Positions 18,893 to 29,039 of a DNA stretch of 64,000 nt are shown here, piece by piece (positions within the stretch are counted from its first letter, which is position 1; each line of letters begins with the position of its first letter). The stretch covers positions 48,082-112,081 of the forward strand of contig CACONQ010000004.1 of NCBI GenBank assembly GCA_902628635.1. The letters are read 5' to 3'. Origin of the DNA: an uncultured Pelagibacteraceae bacterium. GTDB taxonomy: Bacteria; Pseudomonadota; Alphaproteobacteria; Pelagibacterales; Pelagibacteraceae. The translations under genes and the position numbers were made by a program. Below the pieces are notes generated by a model that ran no database searches, was not told the DNA's origin, and worked only from the letters and a program-made list of their open reading frames with translations.

Positions 18893-19939
18893 ATGACAAA
18901 AGATTTAATAACAAGATTAAACGAGGGACCTGTTCTTTTTGCAGAGGGATATTTATTTGCAATGGAAAGAAGAGGATATTTATCGGCAGGTGCATTTGTA
19001 CCTGAAGTAGTATTGGAGCATCCAGAAGTAGTTTCTCAATTGCATAGAGAATTTATTAGAGCAGGTTCTGATATTGTTCAAGCTTTTACGTATTACGGCC
19101 ATAGAGAAAAGCTTAGACTGATTGGTAAAGAAGATTTACTGGAGCCTCTTCAAAAAAACGCACTTCAAATTGCAAAAGATGCTAGAGATGAGTTTAAAGA
19201 ATTGGATCTGTTAGTTTGTGGTGATGTTGCAAATACCAATATTTATAATCCAGATGATAAAAAAAGTCATATCGAGTGTCAAAAAATGTACGAAGAACAA
19301 GTTGGCTGGGCAAAAGAAGCAGGAGTTGACTTTATTGTAGCTGAAACAATTAATTGGACTGAAGAAATGAAGATTGCATTAAAGGCAATAAAAGATGCAG
19401 GCATGATAGCTGTGACAAACTTCTCAATTAAAAAAGGTGACAAAACAAGAGAAGGTCATACTCCTGGAGATGCATGTAAAATTATGGAAGATTTGGGTGC
19501 AGATGTTGTTGGTCTTAATTGTTATAGAGGACCTGCAATGACAATGAAACTTTTGCCAGAAATTAGAAAAAAAGTTTCTTGTCACGTTGCTGCATTACCT
19601 GTTCCATATAGAACTACAGAAGAACAACCTGGTTTTCTAAATCAAAAAGATCCAGGATGCGATTGTATTCCAGGTGGCAACGCTTTTCCCGTGGCTTTAG
19701 ATAATTTGTACTGCAATAGATTTGAAATGGCTGAATTTGCTAAAGATTGTCTAAAACAAAATATAAATCTAATTGGAATTTGCTGTGGCGCAGAACCTCA
19801 TCATGTTAGAGAAATGTCTGTAGCTCTAGGCAGAAAACCAATTGCTTACAAATATTATCCAGACATGAGTAGACATTGGCTTCATGGAAAGGATAAATCA
19901 TTTTTAGAGCTTAATACTAAAATGAAAGATAAATATTAA
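18893..19939 (+). CDS. bhmT: Betaine--homocysteine S-methyltransferase family protein
   Basis: EGYLFAMERRGY, HREFIRAGSDIVQAFTYY, GLNC and GICCG zinc cysteines; RBS AAGGAGG. Confidence 0.88.
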   Translation: MTKDLITRLNEGPVLFAEGYLFAMERRGYLSAGAFVPEVVLEHPEVVSQLHREFIRAGSDIVQAFTYYGHREKLRLIGKEDLLEPLQKNALQIAKDARDEFKELDLLVCGDVANTNIYNPDDKKSHIECQKMYEEQVGWAKEAGVDFIVAETINWTEEMKIALKAIKDAGMIAVTNFSIKKGDKTREGHTPGDACKIMEDLGADVVGLNCYRGPAMTMKLLPEIRKKVSCHVAALPVPYRTTEEQPGFLNQKDPGCDCIPGGNAFPVALDNLYCNRFEMAEFAKDCLKQNINLIGICCGAEPHHVREMSVALGRKPIAYKYYPDMSRHWLHGKDKSFLELNTKMKDKY

Positions 19940-22344
19940 TGGAAAAAAACGCCAAAGTAGTAATTATCGGTGGCGGAGTAGTTGGATGTTCAATTCTTTA
20001 TCATTTATCTAAATTTGGATTAAAAGATTGCATTTTACTTGAGAGAAATGAATTAACATCAGGATCATCTTGGCATGCAGCTGGAAATGTCCATGTTATT
20101 TCCTCTGATCCGAATATCTCAAGAATGATGGCATATACTATTAATCTTTATAAAGAGATTGAAAAAGAGTCTGGGCATTCAGTTGGTTTCAAACCTAGCG
20201 GTGGTTTTTATTTAGCTTCAAATGATGTTTGGGCTGAATATTTAAAAAGAGAGAGGTCTAAAGCAAGATATATGGGTTTAGATCAAGAATTTATATCACT
20301 TGAAGAAGTAAAAAAAAAACATCCATTAATTGATCCAAAAAAGTATTTATTAGCTTTGTGGGATCCAATTGATGGAGAAGTAGATCCGTCAGGTGTTACT
20401 TATGCTTTTGCCAAAGCTGCAAAAGTTCATGGCGGCAAATATTATACTCATACTGTAGTCAAAGATACGAAACAAAAGCCAGATGGTTCATGGGATGTCT
20501 TTACAGATAAAGGGAATATCAATGCTGAAATCGTAATTAATGCTGGAGGATTATGGGCTAGAGAAGTTGGACATCTATCAGGTGTAGATCTTCCTGTTCA
20601 ACCAATGGAGCATCACTATTTAATTACTGAGGCAATTCCAGAAATAGAGGCAATGGGAGATCAAAGATTACCAATTGGAACAGATTTTGAAGGAAATATT
20701 TATTTTCGACAAGAAGCAAAAGGAATGTTGTTGGGAACTTATGAACCAAAATCAACACCATGGAAAGTGGAGGGCACTCCGATGAATTTTGGCCATGAAC
20801 TTTTAGAGCCAAAACTAGAAAACATTCAAGACAGATTAGCAATCGGTTTTAAAAGAATGCCTGCTTTAGAAAGGGCTGGTATTAAAAATATTGTGAATGG
20901 ACCTTTCACTTTTGGACCAGACGGCAGTCCATTAATTGGACCAGTTCCTGGAATGAAAAATTATTGGGTAGCAGTAGGAGTTATGGCAGGATTTTGCCAA
21001 GGTGGCGGAGTTGGCAAATGCATAGCAGAATGGATTATAGATGGAGAACCATCAATTGATGTATGGGCTATGGATGTTGCAAGATTTGGAGAATATGCAA
21101 CACCACAATATGGAACAATTAAATCTTCTGAAAATTATGAGAGAAGATTTATTATGACTTTTCCTAATGAAACTTTGCCGAAAGGTAGAAAACAAAAAAC
21201 TACAGCCCTATACGATCGTTTTGTTAATCAAGGTGCAGTAATGGGAGACGGGTTTGGTTTAGAAAGTGTATTGTGGTTTGCCAAAGATAAAAAAGATGCA
21301 TATGAGGAACCAACCATTAAAAGATCAAGATCACATAATTATGTATCCAAAGAAGTAATAAATGTTAGAGAAAATGTTGGCGTTATGGAACTTGCGAATT
21401 TTTCAAAGCATGAATTTAAAGGGCAAGATGCGAAAAAATTTCTTGATTATATTATGGCAGGAAAACTGCCAAAACCTGGAAGAATTTCCTTAAGTCCAAT
21501 GCTAACTAATAAAGGAAAACTGTATGGCGATCTAACAGTTGCTTGCATGGATGATAATGAGTTTATGATATTTGGATCTGGTGCAGCACAAGAGATGCAC
21601 AGAAGATGGTTTGAAAGTCATATTGGGAAGTTTAATTTAGAATATAAAAATAGATCTGATGATTTTCATGGACTAGCTATTTCAGGTCCAAAATCTAGGG
21701 AAGTACTCCAAAAAGTTGTAAGAGATAATGTCTCTAATGAAAAATTTAAATTTAGAGACTCTAGAAGAATGTATGTTGCAGGAGTGCCAGCTATAGTCAA
21801 TAGAATTTCTTTTACGGGAGAACTGGGTTATGAAATATATGTTGCTCCGCACTATCAAATAAAATTATATGAAGAATTAACTGAGGCAGGAAAAGAATTT
21901 AATATTAAACCATTTGGCTTAAGAGCTTTAATGTCGATGAGATTAGAAAAGAATTGGGGCGCATGGACTTTAGACTACAGGCCTGATTTTACAGCTAAAG
22001 AAACAGGCTTAGATATATTTATTAATTGGGATAAAGATTTTATTGGAAAAAAATATGCCAAAGAAGATAAAAGCTCAAACAAACTTACACCTATGGTAGT
22101 GGAGACAAACGAAATAGATGTAACTTATAATGAAGCGGTATTAAAAGATGATAAGGCGATAGGATATGTAACCTCAGGGGGCTTTGCCCATTTCGTAAAT
22201 AAAAGTGTTGCGTTTAGTTATTTAGATACAAATAAATTAAATTCAGGAAAAGGCATTCAAGTAGAAATTAATGGAGACTTATTTAATTGCAATTTAATTA
22301 AAGAACCACTCTATGATCCAAGTGGAGCTAAAATGAGAAGCTAA
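19939..22344 (+). CDS. Dimethylglycine/sarcosine dehydrogenase-like flavoprotein with GcvT domain (paralog 1)
   Basis: IIGGGVVG, LTSGSSWHAAG covalent-FAD His motif, NGPFTFGPDG, RISFTGELGYE. Confidence 0.9.
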   Translation: MEKNAKVVIIGGGVVGCSILYHLSKFGLKDCILLERNELTSGSSWHAAGNVHVISSDPNISRMMAYTINLYKEIEKESGHSVGFKPSGGFYLASNDVWAEYLKRERSKARYMGLDQEFISLEEVKKKHPLIDPKKYLLALWDPIDGEVDPSGVTYAFAKAAKVHGGKYYTHTVVKDTKQKPDGSWDVFTDKGNINAEIVINAGGLWAREVGHLSGVDLPVQPMEHHYLITEAIPEIEAMGDQRLPIGTDFEGNIYFRQEAKGMLLGTYEPKSTPWKVEGTPMNFGHELLEPKLENIQDRLAIGFKRMPALERAGIKNIVNGPFTFGPDGSPLIGPVPGMKNYWVAVGVMAGFCQGGGVGKCIAEWIIDGEPSIDVWAMDVARFGEYATPQYGTIKSSENYERRFIMTFPNETLPKGRKQKTTALYDRFVNQGAVMGDGFGLESVLWFAKDKKDAYEEPTIKRSRSHNYVSKEVINVRENVGVMELANFSKHEFKGQDAKKFLDYIMAGKLPKPGRISLSPMLTNKGKLYGDLTVACMDDNEFMIFGSGAAQEMHRRWFESHIGKFNLEYKNRSDDFHGLAISGPKSREVLQKVVRDNVSNEKFKFRDSRRMYVAGVPAIVNRISFTGELGYEIYVAPHYQIKLYEELTEAGKEFNIKPFGLRALMSMRLEKNWGAWTLDYRPDFTAKETGLDIFINWDKDFIGKKYAKEDKSSNKLTPMVVETNEIDVTYNEAVLKDDKAIGYVTSGGFAHFVNKSVAFSYLDTNKLNSGKGIQVEINGDLFNCNLIKEPLYDPSGAKMRS

Positions 22345-22345
22345 A

Positions 22346-23335
22346 ATGATTTCTGAAGAAGATAAAATAATGATGGAGACCTTGTATTGGTGGGGTATTC
22401 CAACATTATTTAGATGCAAACATGACCCTGATCCTAAAAATTGCGATATTGCATTAGTCGGTATTCCTCATAGCACTGGAAACGGAACAACAGAGAGAGA
22501 CCAACATCTTGGTCCAAGAGCAGTAAGAAATATATCAGCTTTACAAAGAAGAGCACATTTTGATTACAAGATTAATCCATGGAAAGATTTCAAAATTCAC
22601 GATCTTGGAGATGTACCTTTGCCAGAGGCTAACGATAACGAGAAATGTATAGAAAGAATTTCAAATTTTTTTGATTACATCGAAAAAGCTGAAAAACCTG
22701 TTGTTTCTATTGGAGGTGATCATTCAATCACTGGAGGTATAATTCAGAGTTTAGCAAAAAAAAATTCAAAACTGACTAAAGGAAAAAAAATAACATTAGT
22801 TCATTTTGATGCACACACTGATTGTTTTGAAAAACTTGAGCATTTTTTGGGAGCAAAAAAATCAGCTGCTCACTGGGCATCATATTTAGTTAAACAAGGA
22901 AATGTTGACCCAAAAACAAGTACTCAAATAGGCATAAGAGGAAATCCTCGAACACTGGATTGGTTACAAGCAAGTTATGATATTGGTTATCAAGTAATAA
23001 CAATGGATGAATACAAAAAACTAGGTCATGAAAAATGTTCTAAAATGATTAAAGATAAATTTGGCGATAATCCAATTTATATTACTTTTGATTTAGACTG
23101 TCTCGATCCCGCAGTTGCTCCTGGAGTATCTAATTTAGAACCGGCATTTAATGGTTTTAGCATGGATGAAGTAAGAAAACTTTTGCAAAGCTTAAAAGGA
23201 AAAAATATTATTGGTGGAGATGTTGTTTGTCTAATGCCAACTAAAGATAGTCCAAATCAAATAACAGCGATGGTTGCAGCATCTATAATGTTCGAAATTA
23301 TTTGTTTAATATCAATAAATTTAGGGAGTAAATAA
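22346..23335 (+). CDS. Ureohydrolase (agmatinase/arginase family), atypical active site
   Basis: GGDHS, HFDAHTD, FDLDCLDP binuclear metal ligands; QIGIRG. Confidence 0.88.
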   Translation: MISEEDKIMMETLYWWGIPTLFRCKHDPDPKNCDIALVGIPHSTGNGTTERDQHLGPRAVRNISALQRRAHFDYKINPWKDFKIHDLGDVPLPEANDNEKCIERISNFFDYIEKAEKPVVSIGGDHSITGGIIQSLAKKNSKLTKGKKITLVHFDAHTDCFEKLEHFLGAKKSAAHWASYLVKQGNVDPKTSTQIGIRGNPRTLDWLQASYDIGYQVITMDEYKKLGHEKCSKMIKDKFGDNPIYITFDLDCLDPAVAPGVSNLEPAFNGFSMDEVRKLLQSLKGKNIIGGDVVCLMPTKDSPNQITAMVAASIMFEIICLISINLGSK

Positions 23336-23336
23336 T

Positions 23337-23966
23337 ATGTCACAGAAAGATGTTGGCAACAAAGTACCTATCTATAAATTAAAAAAGACCGATGAGGTAA
23401 TGAAATATTATGATGAATGGGGAGAGGGCAACAAATATGATCAAGATATGCTTGATTGGAATTATACTGGTCCAAAAGAAACAACTGAAGTTTATATAAA
23501 GTACGAGAAAAATAAAAATTCAAAAATTTATGATGCTGGATGCGGCACAGGTTTAGTAGGTGTTGAACTGAAAAAGTATGGTTTTTCTAATTTTTATGGA
23601 GCAGATTTATCACAAAAACTTTTAGACTTAGTACCAAAAGGTCTTTATCACAAATTAGATAAAGTTGATTTAAATAAGCCTATTAATGAAAAAGATAATT
23701 CTTTTGATGCTGTAATGTGTGTGGGTACTTTCACTTTCGGTCACGTTAAACCGCCTGCTTTAGATGAATTTATAAGAATTACAAAAGATAAAGGGTTAAT
23801 TTGTTTCACGATAAATGAGGGAATTCACGAAGAATATGGTTTTGATAAAAAAATTGATCAATTAAACAAAGATAATAAATGGAAAGAGATTGAATTTTTC
23901 AAATCAGATTATATTGCCAGTAAGGACGTAAACGCTTGGCTTGGGTTGTATGAAGTGATAAAATAA
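23337..23966 (+). CDS. Class I SAM-dependent methyltransferase
   Basis: YDAGCGTGLVG motif I, GADLS, FDAVMCVGTFTFGH. Confidence 0.88.
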   Translation: MSQKDVGNKVPIYKLKKTDEVMKYYDEWGEGNKYDQDMLDWNYTGPKETTEVYIKYEKNKNSKIYDAGCGTGLVGVELKKYGFSNFYGADLSQKLLDLVPKGLYHKLDKVDLNKPINEKDNSFDAVMCVGTFTFGHVKPPALDEFIRITKDKGLICFTINEGIHEEYGFDKKIDQLNKDNKWKEIEFFKSDYIASKDVNAWLGLYEVIK

Positions 23967-23969
23967 GCC

Positions 23970-25145
23970 ATGTCTGATATTTATAATATTATAAATAAAG
24001 AAAAACTTGATATTGTAAGTAAGCCCATTAAAGACGCTCATGGACTTCCAAATGAGTGTTACACTAGTAAAGAATATACTTTAATTGAAAGAAAAAAGTT
24101 ATTTGAAGATAAATGGATGGTAATAGGGGTTGCAAGCTCTTTACCAAATGTTGGAGACGCAAAACCTGTAGATATTCTAGGTATGCCAATACTTCTTGTT
24201 AGAGGTAAAGATAAAAAAATAAAAGTCTTTCATAATGTTTGTAGCCATAGAGGACTTAAATTAGTTACAAAATCAGGAAATATTAAAAACGTTATTAGAT
24301 GTCCTTATCATTCTTGGTCCTATAATTTTGATGGTGAATTAGTTGCAACACCACATATTGGTGGCATGAATATTCACCAAACAAAAGATTTTGAAAGATC
24401 CAAAAGTAATCTTAAAGAAATACGATCATATATTTGGTTAGATTTAATAATGATTAATATAAACAATAATGAAATGTCTTTTGAAGAATATATTAAACCT
24501 TTGAGTGATCGATGGGAGAAATTTTGGCCAATAAAAGATAGAGAGCTTATAAACCACTCAAATGATTTTGGATATTTTAAATTAAATGCAAATTGTAATT
24601 GGAAGTTTGCAATTGAAAATTATTGTGAAAGCTATCATTTGCCATGGGTACATCCAGGCTTAAATTCATATTCTAAAATAGAAGATCATTATCATATTCA
24701 GGGGTTACCAAATCGTTTTGCTGGACAAGGAACAGTTGTTTATAATCCAAGATTTGAGGGAAAAGAAAAATTTCCATGTTTTCCTAATTGGCCAAAAAAT
24801 AAAGAAAATATTGCGGAGTATGTAGCTTTATTTCCAAATGTAATGCTTGGTATACATAAAGATCATTATTATGCTTATTGGTTAGAACCAATTAATCATG
24901 AATTCACACTTGAACATATGGAATTGTATTATGTTGGAGAAGAAGCAGCTAATTCAAAAAAATTCGAGTCGTTAAGAAAACAAAATCACAAACAATGGGA
25001 AGATATTCAAAAAGAAGATGTTGATATCATACAAGGTATGCAAATTGGAAGAAACTCGCCTGTTTATAATGGTGGTAATTTCTCTCCAGTTATGGATAAT
25101 CCAACTCATCATTTTCATAAATGGGTAGCACAAAATTTAATTTAA
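23970..25145 (+). CDS. Rieske non-heme iron oxygenase alpha subunit (choline monooxygenase/GbcA/CntA-like)
   Basis: NVCSHRG...CPYHSW Rieske motif; ENYCESYHLPWVH and EDVDI mononuclear Fe ligands. Confidence 0.92.
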   Translation: MSDIYNIINKEKLDIVSKPIKDAHGLPNECYTSKEYTLIERKKLFEDKWMVIGVASSLPNVGDAKPVDILGMPILLVRGKDKKIKVFHNVCSHRGLKLVTKSGNIKNVIRCPYHSWSYNFDGELVATPHIGGMNIHQTKDFERSKSNLKEIRSYIWLDLIMININNNEMSFEEYIKPLSDRWEKFWPIKDRELINHSNDFGYFKLNANCNWKFAIENYCESYHLPWVHPGLNSYSKIEDHYHIQGLPNRFAGQGTVVYNPRFEGKEKFPCFPNWPKNKENIAEYVALFPNVMLGIHKDHYYAYWLEPINHEFTLEHMELYYVGEEAANSKKFESLRKQNHKQWEDIQKEDVDIIQGMQIGRNSPVYNGGNFSPVMDNPTHHFHKWVAQNLI

Positions 25146-25146
25146 A

Positions 25147-26382
25147 ATGAAATTTAAAAGAAAAATTGCTCCAGAAATTAAATCCTCACCAAAGTTTATT
25201 ACAAAAAAAAGATTAAGAGAGGATGAAATTAATTTTAGTAAATTAAGATCATATCGACTAGATCGAGTTAAAAAAGAACTTGAAAAAAATAATTTAGAAG
25301 CTTGTATATTGTTTGATCCAGTTAATGTTCGTTATGCATTGGATACAGTTAATATGAGTGTTTATAATATGCATAATCTGACTAGATATTGTTTTGTACC
25401 GGTTGATGGACCTACAATCTTATATGAATATTTTAACTGTGAAATTTTATCGAAACATTTAAATTTAATTGATGAAATTAGACCTGCAATAACTTGGGAT
25501 TATTTTAGTAATGGCGATCAAGTAAATGCACAATTAAAAAAATGGGTACATGAAATTGAAGATCTCTCAAAAAATTATTTTAAAAGTAAAAAAGTTGCCA
25601 TTGACGTTTTAAATGGACCGGCAGTAACAGCATTAAATAATTCAGGGATACAAGTTGTAGATGCTAAACTTATTTTAGAACAAGCAAGAGTAATAAAATC
25701 AGCTGAGGAATTAAAATGCATGAAAGCAGCTCTAGAAGTTGCAGAAATAGGGGTTGCTAAAATGAGGGAAGAAATGAAAGCTGGTATGACAGAAGATGAG
25801 CTTTGGTCTATTTTACATAAAACAAATATTGAACATGGAGGAGAATGGATTGAATGTAGAATTCTTTCATCTGGCGAAAGAACTAATCCATGGATGCAAG
25901 AGAGTAGTAATAAAGTAATTCAAAATGGTGAAATTGTATCCTTTGATACCGACATGGTTGGTCCCTACGGATATTGTGCAGATATATCGAGAGCTTTTGT
26001 TGTTGGACATAAATTTAATGATGAACAAAAAAAACTTTATTCAATGGCTATGGATCAAATTGATCATAATTTTAGATTAATTAAACCAGGAATGACATTT
26101 AAAGAATTTGTAAAAAAATCATGGGTACTCCCAGAAGAGTATTATGGAAATAGATATTCATGCATGGTCCATGGAATTGGTTTATGTGATGAGTGGCCAC
26201 AAATAAAATATCCAACCGACGGAGGTGAACAAGGTGGAAGTTTTGAAAAAAATATGACAATTACTCTTGAAAGTTATATTGGAAAAGTTGGCGGCAAAGA
26301 GGGTGTTAAACTCGAGCAACAATATTTAGTTGGCCGAAACGGTTTAGAGTTAATGTCACATCATCCTCTAGAAAAACTCTAA
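25147..26382 (+). CDS. M24 family protein, DddP (DMSP lyase)-like
   Basis: LFDPVNVRYA, GGEWIECRILSSGERTNPWMQE, SFDTD, DISR, YSCMVHGIGLCDEWP, KLEQQ resemble DddP more than Xaa-Pro aminopeptidase. Confidence 0.75.
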   Translation: MKFKRKIAPEIKSSPKFITKKRLREDEINFSKLRSYRLDRVKKELEKNNLEACILFDPVNVRYALDTVNMSVYNMHNLTRYCFVPVDGPTILYEYFNCEILSKHLNLIDEIRPAITWDYFSNGDQVNAQLKKWVHEIEDLSKNYFKSKKVAIDVLNGPAVTALNNSGIQVVDAKLILEQARVIKSAEELKCMKAALEVAEIGVAKMREEMKAGMTEDELWSILHKTNIEHGGEWIECRILSSGERTNPWMQESSNKVIQNGEIVSFDTDMVGPYGYCADISRAFVVGHKFNDEQKKLYSMAMDQIDHNFRLIKPGMTFKEFVKKSWVLPEEYYGNRYSCMVHGIGLCDEWPQIKYPTDGGEQGGSFEKNMTITLESYIGKVGGKEGVKLEQQYLVGRNGLELMSHHPLEKL

Positions 26383-26792
26383 TGAAAATTATTTTAATAA
26401 TGGGATTGCCTGGTGCAGGCAAAACAACATTAGCAAATGAACTTGCTCCAATGATTAATGCAAAAAGATTAAATGCTGACGAAGTTAGGAAGGCCGCTGA
26501 CGACTGGGATTTTTCTCCAGAGGGAAGAAAAAGACAAGCAAAGAGAATGGCAGATCTTGCTATCAAACTTAAAGAAGAGGGAAACTATGTTGTTGCTGAT
26601 TTTATTTGTCCAACACCTGAAGCAAGAAGTTTATTTCCAGCTAATTATGTAGTTTGGGTTGATACAATAAAAGAAGGAAGATTCGATGATACCAATAAAA
26701 TGTTTGTAAAACCTGATAAATTTGACTTCCATGTTACCTCACAAGATGCCAAAAATTGGGCACCTAAGATATATAAAGATTTAAAAAAATAG
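26382..26792 (+). CDS. Small P-loop kinase (adenylylsulfate kinase-like, truncated)
   Basis: MGLPGAGKTT Walker A, NADEVR, DWDFSPEGR, VADFICP; only 136 aa. Confidence 0.8.
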   Translation: MKIILIMGLPGAGKTTLANELAPMINAKRLNADEVRKAADDWDFSPEGRKRQAKRMADLAIKLKEEGNYVVADFICPTPEARSLFPANYVVWVDTIKEGRFDDTNKMFVKPDKFDFHVTSQDAKNWAPKIYKDLKK

Positions 26793-26814
26793 ATTAAAAA
26801 TACTTTTAATTTTT

Positions 26815-28923
26815 ATGAATAAAATCTTCAAATTGAAAATAGTTACTTTAATTGTTCTTATTTTGCAAAGTTCAATTACTTTTGCAGCTGTAAGTGGATA
26901 TGTTGACAGCAAAGGTGTTACACAAAGACTTGCACATGGAATAACATTTAAACCAGATGGAACTAAAATGTTTGTTGTTGGAAAGACTCAAGAAAGGATT
27001 TTTGAATTTGATTTATCTACAGCTTTTGATATTTCAACTGCTACCATAAGTTCTAATGAATATAATCATGGTTTGGAAGACGATGATGCAACAGATATAA
27101 AATTTAATTCTGATGGTACAAAATTATTTCTTGCTGGAGCAGGTGATCAAGAAATAAATGTGTATAATTTATCAACTGCCTATGATGTTTCAACCAGCGT
27201 TCATCAAAATACATATTTTAATGGGGACGGTTTGGATTTTGTAGCTATCGCATTTAATACGAATGGAACAAAACTTTTTATTTATGATAAAACGGGTGAT
27301 GACTCGATTAAACAATATTCATTGGGAAGTCCCTTTGATCTCTCAAACGCAGTTCTTCAAAAAGAATATACTGGAACAAGCAGCAAAACTTTAGTTACAA
27401 TAAATAAGAATCCACAAGGATTTGCATTTAGCTCTGATGGATCTAAAATGTACATTACAGGAAAAGGTAACAAAAAAATTAAAGAATTGACACTAAGCAC
27501 GCCCTTTGATTTATCTAATGTGAAACTTGAAAGTGGGAATTACGACCTCTCAGACGAAATTGCTGAACCTTCAGGAATTGCGTTAAGTGATGATGGTCTT
27601 AAATTATTTATTTTAGATTCAAAAAATCATGTTGATAATAGAGATGTTTCTGAATATGATTTAACTTGTGGTTTTGGTGTCATCAAATGCATCGATCCAA
27701 CAGCAAATAAAGATGATGTTGCTTCTATTGAAACACAATCAGAGACAACAAAAAAGATTATACAGCACACAACATTCCCAGTTATCAACCGTATGGAATG
27801 GTTAAGACGAAATAGTGGAAGAGTTAATTTAACTAATCAAAACATTAAGATTCAGTTTAATAATGCAATTTTGAATTCCTTAACAGATACTTTAGTTCCA
27901 ATTTATTTTTCCAATGATGGTAATAGTGGGTCGGATTATAAAAATACAAGCTGGTCTTTTTGGAGCGAAGGAACTATCAGCATAGGAAGTACGGGTGATA
28001 CTAATCAGTCTTCATCAAAAAGTATTAATACTTCGGCGATCACTCTTGGAGCAGATAAAAAAGGTCAGGATAATATTATGAGAGGTATTGCTTTAAGATT
28101 TGGAACTGATGATGTTGATGTTGGTGACCTTGGAAGTGCTTTAGATATGAATTCTTTTAGTTTAACTTTTTATGAAACAAAGCCAAAAGGTGAACAAAGA
28201 TTTACAGATCATTTATTTGGCATAAGTTTTATAAATTCTAATTTAATAAATAATAGCGGATCTCAATCAACAAATGGTGATAGATATGGCGAACAATTAT
28301 ACGGATCCTTAAGTTTAAGAGACACGTTTTCAAAAAATCGATTAAATTTTACTCCTAAATTAAAAATTAATTATGGAATAACACATTTAGGTGCATATAA
28401 AGAAACAGGATCTGAAGGATTAAATTTAGAATATGAAGATCAATATATTGGTAATTTTACATCATCTGTAGGAACAAGTTTAGATAACGCTTATGATTTT
28501 GAAGTTGGCTCATTTATTCCATATTTTGATTTTGAATATTATGCCGATATGAGTCCTGCCTCAGAACAAACCTTCTCTTACATTTCTAATGGTGAGGAAT
28601 TTACTTTGAAAGGTATAGAAAACTCAACTCACAATTTTATAGGTAGTATTGGATTTGATTTTGTGTCACAGAATGGTTTAACTTTTATGACCAAGTTCAC
28701 AAGAGATCAGACTAAAAATAGTAAGAATGATAGCTTTAATATTGCTTTAGATTACAGAGGTTCTCAAAGTTCTTCTTATGCCATGTCCATTCAAGATACA
28801 TCGGCTAAGCTTTCACATAATAAAGAACTTAATAATTTTAAAGTTAATATAGATAGTCACTATGATTTTTTAAAAGACGATCCAGATTATGGGATTTATT
28901 TAAAAGTTTCGAATATAAATTAA
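26815..28923 (+). CDS. Autotransporter-like outer membrane protein with beta-propeller repeat passenger (paralog A)
   Basis: Signal peptide; about five FxxDGTKxF...YxLSTxFDxS repeats; helix RMEWLRRN; C-terminal amphipathic beta strands starting WSFWSEG. Confidence 0.8.
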   Translation: MNKIFKLKIVTLIVLILQSSITFAAVSGYVDSKGVTQRLAHGITFKPDGTKMFVVGKTQERIFEFDLSTAFDISTATISSNEYNHGLEDDDATDIKFNSDGTKLFLAGAGDQEINVYNLSTAYDVSTSVHQNTYFNGDGLDFVAIAFNTNGTKLFIYDKTGDDSIKQYSLGSPFDLSNAVLQKEYTGTSSKTLVTINKNPQGFAFSSDGSKMYITGKGNKKIKELTLSTPFDLSNVKLESGNYDLSDEIAEPSGIALSDDGLKLFILDSKNHVDNRDVSEYDLTCGFGVIKCIDPTANKDDVASIETQSETTKKIIQHTTFPVINRMEWLRRNSGRVNLTNQNIKIQFNNAILNSLTDTLVPIYFSNDGNSGSDYKNTSWSFWSEGTISIGSTGDTNQSSSKSINTSAITLGADKKGQDNIMRGIALRFGTDDVDVGDLGSALDMNSFSLTFYETKPKGEQRFTDHLFGISFINSNLINNSGSQSTNGDRYGEQLYGSLSLRDTFSKNRLNFTPKLKINYGITHLGAYKETGSEGLNLEYEDQYIGNFTSSVGTSLDNAYDFEVGSFIPYFDFEYYADMSPASEQTFSYISNGEEFTLKGIENSTHNFIGSIGFDFVSQNGLTFMTKFTRDQTKNSKNDSFNIALDYRGSQSSSYAMSIQDTSAKLSHNKELNNFKVNIDSHYDFLKDDPDYGIYLKVSNIN

Positions 28924-29039
28924 ATAAAATTTAATTTAGTTAGTACAACTATTACACAAGAATTTACTAGTTTTTCAGTCAATTTTTCCTCTATATTTAC
29001 CTTTTAATCTGTTGAAGATTTTGGATATAAAAGGCGCTT

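Noticed and set aside
26382-26792. cysC / assimilatory sulfate reduction
   Set aside because: Too short, lacks the CysC lid region, and no other cys genes are present.
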